This document shows positions 22,293 through 32,300 of a stretch of DNA of 32,300 nt, one piece after another. Within the stretch, counting starts at the first letter, position 1; each line of letters begins with the position of its first letter. Source of the DNA: Octopus bimaculoides (lineage: Eukaryota). The stretch covers positions 48,298,526-48,330,825 of the forward strand of contig NC_068988.1 in NCBI RefSeq assembly GCF_001194135.2. The letters are read 5' to 3'. Below the pieces are notes generated by a model that worked only from the letters and a program-made list of their open reading frames with translations, made no database searches and was not told where the DNA came from. Made by a program: the position numbers and the translations under genes.

Positions 22293-23157
22293 TTTCCTAG
22301 CATATATACAAAGATGCTTTGAAATACAAATACAAACGAATACACCTACATTATTATTCAACTGGCATTTACTACATCCTCCCAGGGAAGATTAAAAGCG
22401 AAGTGTAGCGACTTCTATGCAGAACTGCACTAGTATATAAATGTAAATATAAACATTTTGTTTTCTAGGTCTTAATGCTAAAATTATCAAGTCATGCAAG
22501 TTACTTTTTCTGAGAATTATCGTCAAAATAGTTATAAATGCATTGAAACGTTGCCCAATCATTTTCTTATAATTTCACCTAGTATAGTTGTGCTAATAGG
22601 AATTCAAACTACGGCCATCAACTACGGCACCGAAATGTACTGAAGCACCTACACTCGCTATGTAGGTGACAAAACTTTTGCCATTTCTACAACGTTAGAT
22701 TTTCTAATGATTTAGGCAGAAAGGACAGTCAGCTCCTATGAGACTTTTCAAGGGTTCTCACATTAATATTGTAAAACGGAGGAAAGGATATATTTATCGT
22801 TTGTCCAATGACATAGCTCAAATTTTTCAAAAAAGCAGTCCACTAAATGCGCTTAAGAAAACCAATAATTTCATTTCATGATATGATTTCTCCCAATATA
22901 TGTCATACACCGTGGTGGAACTGCACAAATTGTACCTGAGATAGAGAAGGAAAATCACAGAAGATTTGGTTGTCATTTCTAGATGATCTTCTATGGATCA
23001 TTAGATCTGTTGCTAGTTCCTATCCGATCGGCTATCTTCCTTTGTTGACAGCAACTCAAGACATCATCTCAAGTAGTTATTTAAGGATGAAATATACCAA
23101 AATGATTGATGGTGATGTAGATGCACTAAATGATGCAAGAGTACATTATAATTTTAC

Positions 23158-23198
23158 CTTAGATAGTTATAAGGCAGAGTTTTAAGAGCATGAATCCG
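23158..23198 (-). CDS. Candidate 41-nt internal exon
   Basis: Acceptor ttgtttttgtttctcatatactgatag|C and donor AAG|GTAAAA. The only open frame is RIHALKTLPYNYL+AG, whose phase matches the exon at 18056-18188. Confidence 0.38.
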
Positions 23199-23259
23199 CT
23201 ATCAGTATATGAGAAACAAAAACAACTTATCTACTGCAAATCAATTATCGCTGATTTAC

Positions 23260-23465
23260 GGAAGTTGTGCGCTCGCTATATAAAAAATAGCAACCAAATT
23301 CTCTTCAAAATTGCAGGTAGCAATTTTTAAAAACAGGAAGTATATATTGGATAATTATTCCCGGATATACAAAAGAAAAAAGAAAGAAAAATAGGAGAGT
23401 CAAAGGTAGAAACTCTTTGATCATATGTCTACTCGATCAAAGTTGACCTCGGGCGAAATAAGAAC
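23260..23465 (+). repeat. Old interspersed repeat fragment (family D)
   Basis: Weak similarity to 6365-6517. Confidence 0.35.
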
Positions 23466-23519
23466 AGTTATGTTGAAGATTTGGTAGGCTTCTTCAAATA
23501 TCAGACTCAGTAGCAAGTG

Positions 23520-23555
23520 CTGCTGGTGCTTCTACTACTACTACTACTGCTGATG

Positions 23556-23607
<52 letters not shown>

Positions 23608-23945
23608 CACTACTACTACACAATTGCATGGCCGGATCGTTAAGTGTCCTTTCCTCAAATGCTGAAATCCCTTCTTCCAATTATATTTTTCGTATCTTTC
23701 CTTTCTTTCACTTTCACTTTCACTTCTGTTGGTGTCCTTCCTACTTTTGGTAATTTCTTTCTGTTTTATTATCTCACAACATTCTCTCTTCGTCGTACAG
23801 TATTGAGACAACGGAGAGACTATGAGGAACTCTACCACTACCAACACCACCATCAATACTGTTACCACCAACAACACAGCAGCAACAACAAGAAAAACTA
23901 AGACAAGCAACAACACTATCAACAGCAGCAGTACAACCACCACCA
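23520..23945. repeat. (CTA)n array (about 23520-23625) and degenerate (CAA/CAC)n array (about 23830-23945)
   Basis: Direct reading; source of the poly-L/V/T ORFs. Confidence 0.93.
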
Positions 23946-24672
23946 AATATTGTACTGGTCTTCTAATTGGAAAGTTTCCAGCTAACGATGTATATAAATT
24001 TAAGTGTGTGGCAGGAACACAGATGACAATGTTAACCATTTCCAGCTACTGTTCTATCTCTGAATCTGTTACAGCTTAATTGGACGCCAATTGGTGTTCT
24101 GGACAAGCAGCACTTGATCAAATAACTAAAAGCATAAAGGGATTATCAGGGAAAGGCTTATAGTCTAATGTTAAGCCCCCCACTACCAGGAGATAAGTGA
24201 AGATGTGAGAATACAATTTTAGATCAATATTTTGAGTGTATAGGCCTGTTTATATATGTATATCTGTACAAATATATTGTAAGTATATAACTATATGTGT
24301 GTGTGTGTATCTTCATATATATGTGTGTGTATGTGTCTTCATATGTATCTATATAACAGTTATTTGCCTATATTTACAAACGTTTGCAATGCTTATGGAA
24401 AGATAATAGTAATTGAAAATTGTAACAATGTTCCATTCCCTAACCAGACGGGTATATAACAACATGACAGCCAAAACTCAGGATTTTCCCGAGACGCAAC
24501 TTTATGTATGGATGTATATGATGAAACCCAGACTACAAAATGAATGCAACACATGTTGAAAGGAGTCCCAGCCTTAAGAGACATTAGCAGGATGGGTCGA
24601 AATGACCGTTGTACAATATAACAATTAATACCAAATTCAACTTCTGGTTACTTAAGAAATTATTTTTATTAC

Positions 24673-24784
24673 CTCAACTAACACTACGAGGTTTTTGATG
24701 GAGATCCATCGGTAATATACCCCGACTACGGATGCCACCAAGTAGCCCAAACTGTGCCAGCCCTTTACTAAACACTTGGACACA
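24673..24784 (-). CDS. Candidate internal exon (5' boundary at 24784 or 24767)
   Basis: Donor GAG|GTAATA. Open frame VSKCLVKGWHSLGYLVASVVGVYYRWISIKNLVVLVE ends in phase 0, compatible with 23158-23198. Both acceptors are weak. Confidence 0.33.
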
Positions 24785-24826
24785 CTAATCAACTTATACT
24801 CATTAGCTCAAAATATTAAATATGTT

Positions 24827-24864
<38 letters not shown>

Positions 24865-24873
<9 letters not shown>

Positions 24874-25750
24874 CTACAGCATATGTGGGGAATTCTGTCT
24901 GTAGGTGTGTTCGTGGAGTTGTGAGTTAAATCCTCCTATATCGTTTGATCGATTTTGATGAAACTTGACAAATGAGTAAAACACTTGTCTGGGCACCTCA
25001 TGGCATACTCAGATTGTTGAAAAAATCTCGATAATAGGGTCCTTGGAATGGATCCTTAAATATATCTAATACATTTCATTTCAACAGCCAAGGGAAGTAA
25101 CCTATTTCCTCAGATTTTAACAACCAAGGGAAATAACCCATTCATTTTCCTAAATCATTTGGTATAAATTAAACTGAGTATGCTTATTTCTTAGTATTTG
25201 AACTGTTAGAGCTATTTTCGCAATTTATACGGTACAACTCATAAACAAGTAAATAGTATTTTCCTAAATAATAGATCGACTTATTTCGGTTAGTGACTTA
25301 TTCACGAATATACGAACACTAGCGCCGCTGAGGGTAATATTCTCTAGGAACGCACAAAAACCCTTTTTAGAGTTATTTACTTTGAACTGTTATTATCTCA
25401 TATCTGATTTGCCTGTTATTACGTAACTTGCTTCACGATTTTAGTATACAGACCTTATTAGTATTTCCTTCTAAGTTCTATATACTCTCCGAACGCATTA
25501 AAGCCCTTTTCAGGGCTACTTTATTTGAATTCTGACTATCGAGTAACTAATTTCATATTATTACATAACTGACTTCACAATTTGGGCATTCATAACTTAT
25601 TGGAAATTCGTAAAAACAAGATCCTGTGTATTCTCTGTAAATGCACAATAAACGTTTTAAGGGCTACATACTTTGTATTGTTCTTATTGGATTAGTGAAA
25701 AAATTATGCGAACAGAACTAAGGGATTAGCCCCGCTTTCCCGGGAATTAA
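24865..25750. mobile_element. Possible non-autonomous Helentron/DINE-1-like element containing a ~145-bp minisatellite
   Basis: Begins after (TA)n with tctgtctgt and atcgtttgatcgattttgatgaaacttg, which resembles DINE/HINE-type cores as recalled. Three diverged units tctct..gaacgca..ccctttt..agggcta..tttg start at 25348, 25491 and 25639. caaggga(a/g)taacc occurs twice near 25090-25140. GC-rich end tagccccgctttcccggg. Confidence 0.35.
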
Positions 25751-25776
25751 TCATCATTCTGTATTATTTCACCATA

Positions 25777-25960
25777 TTGCCGCTTGACAGCCGTTGGTGG
25801 TGAGTTTACGTCCCCGTAACTTAGCGGTTCGGCAGAAGGGTACGATAGAATAAGTACTAAGCTTCCAAAGAATAAGTCCTGGGGTCGATTTGCTCGACTA
25901 AAGTCGGTGCTCCAGCATGGCCGCAGTCAAATGACTGAAACAAGTAAAAGAGTAAAAGAG
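25777..25960 (+). mobile_element. SINE family B, 3' half only
   Basis: cgcttgacagccg...gtccccgtaacttagcggttcggc...cgatagaataagtact...ctggggtcgatttgctcgactaaag...ccagcatggccgcagtcaaatgactgaaacaagtaaaagag. Confidence 0.88.
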
Positions 25961-26009
25961 GCTATATATACGCATACATACATGTATATGCATATGTATG
26001 CATATATGT

Positions 26010-26152
26010 NNNNNNNNNNNNNNNNNNNNNNNNNNNNNNNNNNNNNNNNNNNNNNNNNNNNNNNNNNNNNNNNNNNNNNNNNNNNNNNNNNNNNNNNNNN
26101 NNNNNNNNNNNNNNNNNNNNNNNNNNNNNNNNNNNNNNNNNNNNNNNNNNNN
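26010..26152. other. Assembly gap within TA/TG microsatellite
   Basis: Run of N. Confidence 0.99.
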
Positions 26153-26205
<53 letters not shown>

Positions 26206-27152
26206 TTATGCTTTTTTTAAAATTGGATGTTTATTTCGCGGTTCGTACTTCATGCAATTGCAATCTTTGTGTTTGTTTATTGGTTTGTATTTTGCGTTTG
26301 ATGATTGGCAATGACTTTTCTACCTCTTCAGTGTCTATTATTTGTGAAGTGGTTATTATTATATTTTTGCATATTTTTTTGTTATGAGAGTGTGTATTAA
26401 ATTTTATTTATTTACTCGAGATTTATCTTTTAATTTAGTTGAGAATGTTCCTTTGTCAAGTTAGTTTATATAATGTCATTTTTATGTTAGGTTTACTGTG
26501 GCTGGGTATATATTTATTGCTTAATGATTTGATAAAACATTGCTTAAATTTGTCTTTGTTTATGCATAGTTGTTATTTACAGTATGTTCAATTTGCGACG
26601 GCTCTTTGGGGCTCGATTGAAATGGGTGCCACTTTTTGTTGTATATATACTATTCTCTTTGTAGAAGATGAATTTATCTTACTACTTATAGTGCGATAAA
26701 TAAGTGATACATAAATTTTATACATACCCAAAGACCAATAAAACCAAGACAAATACCCCAAATCAACTATACCCAAACACTGAGAGCAAAAAAAACGGAT
26801 CCAAATACACTTGGCCACTGTCATACCAAAATAATTTTGACAAAAGAACAGCCTAAAACAGATTAAGAGATAAATCTAGAACGAATTAACAAACTGAAAA
26901 CTCGCCCCACTTTAAGAAACAAATCCATGTGACGATGGCACACCAATAAATGTACATACCCAACGAAAATTGAGTGAAAAGAAGAGTGGCTTGACGAATG
27001 TTGCAGTGTGAAACATGAGTACGAGATAAACAGTGGCGTTCCATAAACGATACATATTACATGCAATGAGTATTTCCCTATCATTCGGTCGATGCAATAC
27101 AACGATCATACAGATACAAACATATACTCACGCAACCGCGCTTGGGTGCATT

Positions 27153-27199
<47 letters not shown>

Positions 27200-27217
27200 G
27201 CACACACACACACACAC

Positions 27218-27320
27218 CTTTTGAGTAAACTGGATTCGAAGCGCATAAAGCTAAAAACAGTCGGATATAAATATTGAGTTGGAAAACCCTTTGCATAGCA
27301 AATAGTCGAAGGCTGCACTT
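27218..27320 (-). CDS. Candidate 103-nt internal exon
   Basis: Acceptor gcaacccttttgcatag|A and donor AAG|GTGTGT. Two frames are open (VQPSTICYAKGFPTQYLYPTVFSFMRFESSLLK or KCSLRLFAMQRVFQLNIYIRLFLALCASNPVYSK), and each is phase-compatible with one of the two acceptors of the 24673 exon. Confidence 0.3.
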
Positions 27321-27836
27321 CTATGCAAAAGGGTTGCGCATGCTATTATTTATAGCATTATCTGCTTCGAGGTCAACCGGTCCATAAAGAATTTTTACTG
27401 GTGCACTCAAACGTTTGTAAATTTTTATGACGTCAAATACACACACATACACACACACAGGCATAAGCATACATATACACATATGTCTCACACGTATAAG
27501 ATAGTGGATAAATAAACAACGGCTTTTTATGTACATTGTTAAGTGTATATCTGATGCTGCTGTAAACAGAGAGTATGCAGGAATGATGATGATGAAACCG
27601 ATTAAATTTGTCTTTGTTAAAATAAATATTTTATCACATCTCCCAAAGCAAGAAAAAATTCCGAGGGATTAGTTATTGAAAATGTAAACAAGATTAACGA
27701 TAGCACATCTCTTTCACATAATGGTACAAGTTTGACTGCCTGGCATCACTAATTTTATATATGAGATGCAATCGTCTTAATGTACAAGCATATATATAAA
27801 TAAATAAATAAATAAATAAATAAATATATATATATA

Positions 27837-28225
27837 NNNNNNNNNNNNNNNNNNNNNNNNNNNNNNNNNNNNNNNNNNNNNNNNNNNNNNNNNNNNNNNN
27901 NNNNNNNNNNNNNNNNNNNNNNNNNNNNNNNNNNNNNNNNNNNNNNNNNNNNNNNNNNNNNNNNNNNNNNNNNNNNNNNNNNNNNNNNNNNNNNNNNNNN
28001 NNNNNNNNNNNNNNNNNNNNNNNNNNNNNNNNNNNNNNNNNNNNNNNNNNNNNNNNNNNNNNNNNNNNNNNNNNNNNNNNNNNNNNNNNNNNNNNNNNNN
28101 NNNNNNNNNNNNNNNNNNNNNNNNNNNNNNNNNNNNNNNNNNNNNNNNNNNNNNNNNNNNNNNNNNNNNNNNNNNNNNNNNNNNNNNNNNNNNNNNNNNN
28201 NNNNNNNNNNNNNNNNNNNNNNNNN
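27837..28225. other. Assembly gap flanked by (TAAA)n/(TA)n/(TG)n
   Basis: Run of N. Confidence 0.99.
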
Positions 28226-28293
<68 letters not shown>

Positions 28294-28399
28294 TATGTGT
28301 GTGTGTATGTATGAAGCATGCAAAGCATATTATTCCCCTACTCTAGGCGAATTACTTAGGCTGTGTAAAGCTTCAGTATTTTATAAGTATTTCCCGGAG

Positions 28400-28850
28400 G
28401 TGAGATACATGATAAAGTACGAGGACACTCTGCTGTTAATTGAAGGTTTTCTTAGAAAAAATAAGAATCTAGTAAGAGTAATCTGATCACATTAAACATT
28501 GTTGGCTTTTTGATAGCTATAAAGAACAGTTAGACGATGAATTGTAAAACATCCCACCTAATGAAACTACATTGACATATATTTGGAAGAAGTATAATAT
28601 GAGATAATGTCGATTATGGAGGTATGCGCCATTGCTAGCAATGCATCCACCGTTTGTCGGCGTTTGCTCGGATCGTCCCGGGCAAACTTCGGAGTAGTAT
28701 CCCAATCAGTTCTCATCATTGCGAGATACTTCCTCATGGGACATGTAGTCGATCAACACGAGCCCTTACCCAAGCCAGATCCTCAAAGAAGAGGACGTGG
28801 TACTCATATTCTAACGCAGGAAATCGATCAGGATAACAAAACAGCCTGAG
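28400..28850 (+). mobile_element. Probable RTE-clade LINE C-terminal relic
   Basis: SQSVLIIARYFLMGHVV...PDPQRRGRGTHILTQEIDQD resembles the RTE terminus (S..I..RRL.F.GH....W.P....RGRP.T..D.L..D). KHPT lies upstream. Confidence 0.42.
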
Positions 28851-29940
28851 CTGACGCTCCTGAATTATACAAATAACTGGACGTATCCTAGTTTCTCAGT
28901 ATAATCTTTGGATGGATACAAAATTCGCCCAATTGTAACCCATAATCCTGTGATGAGTCCAGATACTAAAGGAATTCAGGTGGCTCCGAAGAACATCGGA
29001 TAAAATCTAAGACTCCCAACAAAAGAGCAAAACAGGAGTGACCAGAGTATGCGACACCTACAATAAACCAAAATAACCTTCTTGAAAACAGTTACTAGCT
29101 ATATCTTCTTCGCTATAGCTTTTGTTTAATTAGAGCTAAGGAACATAATAATGGCTAACCAGAAACGTAGCTGAAGACGTGTATCTAAGAAGGGAGAGAA
29201 GAACTAAACTTCGCTAAAGTTACTAACATCACTAATATGTAGACTAAAATAATGAAGGATATTTGCAGCATAGAATGCAAAGTGGTGACTTATGAATTTA
29301 TATATAGTTACTTATATCTGATGATGCCCTTTTTATTTCCCCCGAAATAAAAATAAGAAAAAAAATTGATCATGTCTTTGCTATAGAGTGGAAAGCAGTG
29401 AAATGTCACAATGCAACAATGATTCTCAGACAGGAATAACTAATTTATATAAATAATACTTGTACTGATAAAAATACTACTCAATAAGAAGACGATGTCG
29501 ACGATTTTCTCAATGAGTAAGAAATGACTACACCACCTGCTTCTATCTCGTACTTAAAGTTGTATTTGCAAATATAGCGAGTGTTTGACATTCAACAATT
29601 AAAGCATGCAACAAATGGCAAGCTCTTTCAGTTCTGTTAAGTGTAGAAATTGTGTATTTGCATGTCAGTTATGGTGTATGTTTTGTGTTTATGTGTCTGT
29701 GCGTGTGTCTGTGAGTGTCTGTAAGTGTCTGTGTGTGTGTGCATGTCTCTGTGTATGAGGGTATATATCGACGCCGTCATGATTCAGTTCCATTTCTTGT
29801 TGCCCGAATGAACACAGAAATCGAGGAACTCTGAGTTACGATAGAGAGAATAATATGCATATATATGTAAAGTAAGTCATGATTAAATTCTGGATATGGG
29901 GAATACGAAATAAGACAGAATATGTGGAGAGAATATATAT

Positions 29941-30108
29941 ATCAAAAAATAAGCAACACGGATTTCAAAGGTGATTGCAGTACGCACGTTTCATGCTACT
30001 TCAATTTATTTAAGTAATGCGAATAAATAAATAAAATAAATAAATTGAAGTAGCATGAAACGTGCGTACTGCAATCACCTTTGAAATCCGTGTTGCTTAT
30101 TTTTTGAT
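29941..30108. repeat. Perfect inverted repeat: 72-bp arms, 24-bp AT-rich spacer
   Basis: 29941-30012 is the exact reverse complement of 30037-30108, checked base by base. Confidence 0.97.
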
Positions 30109-30148
30109 TTTGATCACCTATCCTTTTGGGATACGATATTCGGGTGCC

Positions 30149-30268
30149 NNNNNNNNNNNNNNNNNNNNNNNNNNNNNNNNNNNNNNNNNNNNNNNNNNNN
30201 NNNNNNNNNNNNNNNNNNNNNNNNNNNNNNNNNNNNNNNNNNNNNNNNNNNNNNNNNNNNNNNNNNNN
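30149..30268. other. Assembly gap
   Basis: Run of N. Confidence 0.99.
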
Positions 30269-30302
<34 letters not shown>

Positions 30303-30386
30303 TATGAGTGAGTGGACAAAGAAAAGAAAGAGCGCTCGATACATTTGTAGGGAGTTACATGTATTATTCAAAACAGTTTGAGTGAA

Positions 30387-30446
30387 ATTCCATGCTACAT
30401 CAAGTTTCGAAGGCCCTAAGGGACCCTTTCTCGTCAGGGTGGTAAT
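30387..30446 (-). ncRNA. Putative type I hammerhead ribozyme (partly decayed helix I), Penelope-like context
   Basis: Minus-strand RNA: AUUACCACC-CUGACGA-GAAAGGGUCC-cuua-GGGCCUUC-GAAA-C-uugau-GU-A-GCAUGGAAU. Core intact, G10.1-C11.1 pair, helix II of about 8 bp with two bulges, minimal 2-bp helix III, GUA triplet, helix I imperfect. Confidence 0.6.
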
Positions 30447-30623
30447 AATCCAAATGGCCGGAGAGATGCAGGTAGTCAAAAATTGGCTAGCGGTAGTTGG
30501 ATTGCAATTGGTCAAGGCAGATCACCTGATGTCATGGTCGACAGTATTGCTAAACAAACGACAGCAGTTATATGTATTCCTTCGTTTCAGAAACACCATA
30601 GCTTTGTAAGGTCAATCAGCTGA

Positions 30624-30705
30624 AGTATATGCTCTACTTTAATGAGTAGAGCATATACTGCTAAGTAATACTTAGCAGTAGAGCATATACTGCTAAGTAA
30701 TACTT
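30624..30705. repeat. Micro-rearrangement: 15-bp inverted repeat plus 29-bp direct repeat (period 32) with an internal palindrome
   Basis: agtatatgctctact (30624-30638) / agtagagcatatact (30645-30659). agtagagcatatactgctaagtaatactt occurs at 30645-30673 and again at 30677-30705. Confidence 0.92.
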
Positions 30706-31018
30706 TCGCAGAGACAGTATGCCAAGCAGTGAGATAGAACCCCGCATCGCGTATATATGAACAGAAGTTTTATCCATTCTGATATTCAAAGTAATACCTA
30801 GATACATACATGCATACATGCACATATATTGATATTTATTCTTTTATATATATATATATAGGAAACTAGAATGGAACACTAACATACGCCACTAACAAAC
30901 CACAGCATGTGACAACATGTTACCCATAAACCAATAATAGGAACAAAGTATAATACAATACATAGATAAACAAATGGAATTAAATACTACATACGTTAAC
31001 AAAATTTAATTAAACACA

Positions 31019-31559
31019 NNNNNNNNNNNNNNNNNNNNNNNNNNNNNNNNNNNNNNNNNNNNNNNNNNNNNNNNNNNNNNNNNNNNNNNNNNNNNNNNNN
31101 NNNNNNNNNNNNNNNNNNNNNNNNNNNNNNNNNNNNNNNNNNNNNNNNNNNNNNNNNNNNNNNNNNNNNNNNNNNNNNNNNNNNNNNNNNNNNNNNNNNN
31201 NNNNNNNNNNNNNNNNNNNNNNNNNNNNNNNNNNNNNNNNNNNNNNNNNNNNNNNNNNNNNNNNNNNNNNNNNNNNNNNNNNNNNNNNNNNNNNNNNNNN
31301 NNNNNNNNNNNNNNNNNNNNNNNNNNNNNNNNNNNNNNNNNNNNNNNNNNNNNNNNNNNNNNNNNNNNNNNNNNNNNNNNNNNNNNNNNNNNNNNNNNNN
31401 NNNNNNNNNNNNNNNNNNNNNNNNNNNNNNNNNNNNNNNNNNNNNNNNNNNNNNNNNNNNNNNNNNNNNNNNNNNNNNNNNNNNNNNNNNNNNNNNNNNN
31501 NNNNNNNNNNNNNNNNNNNNNNNNNNNNNNNNNNNNNNNNNNNNNNNNNNNNNNNNNNN
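31019..31559. other. Assembly gap followed by (CA)-rich microsatellite
   Basis: Run of N. Confidence 0.99.
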
Positions 31560-32114
31560 ATATATGCACAAACATACTCACACATACACACATGCACACA
31601 CTCACACACGCACATGCACACGTATACATGCATACACTGTCAAATAAACGAAAAAAACGGTAAAAAACAAAAAAAGCAACAAAAAAAATGAATGTCAAAC
31701 TTATTTTAAGAAATTAAGGTTAATCTTGTTGCAGAATCAGATAAAATGATATTTATCCCTAAGGAATATTAAGGAAAAAAAAAAAAAAGGTTTAGGCTGT
31801 AGATGGGTTGAACTGCAATAAAATGCTTATACCAGGAACCATTTCAGTGATTGCCTTTCCCGCCGAAGTGTCACAATATTTTACGTATGGAAATCCTAAA
31901 CAATCAGCGTATCTGACATTGCATTCATGTCAATAAAATTAAAACTATATTTATTTTATGCTTTGTTATTTCTTTGTAATTTCCGTCATTTTTCTTCTTC
32001 TTATTGCTTTTCTGCTTCTGTTATAGACATATGTTCTAGTCATGTGATTCCTGTTTTTATTGTTTTCCCCTTCTCGAAGTAAAATAGTATAACGTGTTTA
32101 GAGTTTTCAAACAT

Positions 32115-32268
32115 GCAAGAGTTCCTATGTGGTAAGAAGCTTCACAACCTCATGGTTCCGGGTTCAGTTCCACTGCATGGTAACTTGGGCAAGTGTGTCC
32201 TACTATCGCCTCGGACTGACCAAAACATTCTGAGTGGACTTTGTGAAGACGAAAAGTGAAAGAAACCA
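32115..32268 (+). mobile_element. SINE family B, 5' half, running into (CT)n at the window end
   Basis: tgtggtaagaagctt...catggttccgggttcagttcc...cttgggcaagtgt..ctactatcgcctcgg..gaccaaa..tgagtggactttg. Confidence 0.85.
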
Positions 32269-32300
32269 ATCCTCGCTCTCTCTCTCTCTCTCTCTCTCTC

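Noticed and set aside
22970-23185. 71-aa plus-strand ORF of protein-like composition
   Set aside because: Non-ATG start, no homolog recognised, and it overlaps the better-supported minus-strand candidate exon.
26200-26900. Switch from T-rich to A-rich strand bias near 26700, suggesting an old inverted repeat
   Set aside because: Only a short, low-complexity arm match could be found.
28948-28985. ctgtgatgagtcc...gga resembling a hammerhead 5' core
   Set aside because: No CUGANGA in register and no GAAA after the stem.
2680-31698. All long ORFs in the track containing X runs
   Set aside because: They are open only because N gaps and TA/CA microsatellites lack stop codons.
1-32300. CRISPR arrays, rRNA genes, LTR pairs, prokaryotic operons
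   Set aside because: No repeat-spacer array, rRNA motif, long direct terminal repeats or gene-dense region seen.

Overview
AT-rich eukaryotic genomic DNA, about 9% N in eight assembly gaps that mostly abut TA/CA/GA microsatellites. The SINE repertoire and microsatellite load suggest an octopod cephalopod; this is inferred from repeat sequence style, not from a database search. The window is mostly a graveyard of decayed mobile DNA: at least nine tRNA-headed SINE copies or fragments, relics of four non-LTR retrotransposon lineages (L1/Tx1-like, CR1/L2-group, R4/Dong-like, probably RTE), two mariner fragments, and a possible Helentron/DINE-like element carrying a minisatellite. No intact protein-coding ORF is supportable, and most long ORFs in the supplied track are gap or microsatellite artefacts. 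A chain of four phase-compatible minus-strand candidate exons (27320 to 18056) hints at an unidentified host gene. The most striking signal is RNA structure. At 19917-19978 (minus strand) all hammerhead core motifs and three helices are present, but in a non-circularly permuted, pseudoknotted order, inside a partly tandem-duplicated repeat. Helix II there is imperfect. A second, canonical type I hammerhead lies at 30387-30446 (minus strand), next to a perfect 72-bp-arm inverted repeat (29941-30108) and a small templated micro-rearrangement. All alignments and translations were done by eye.
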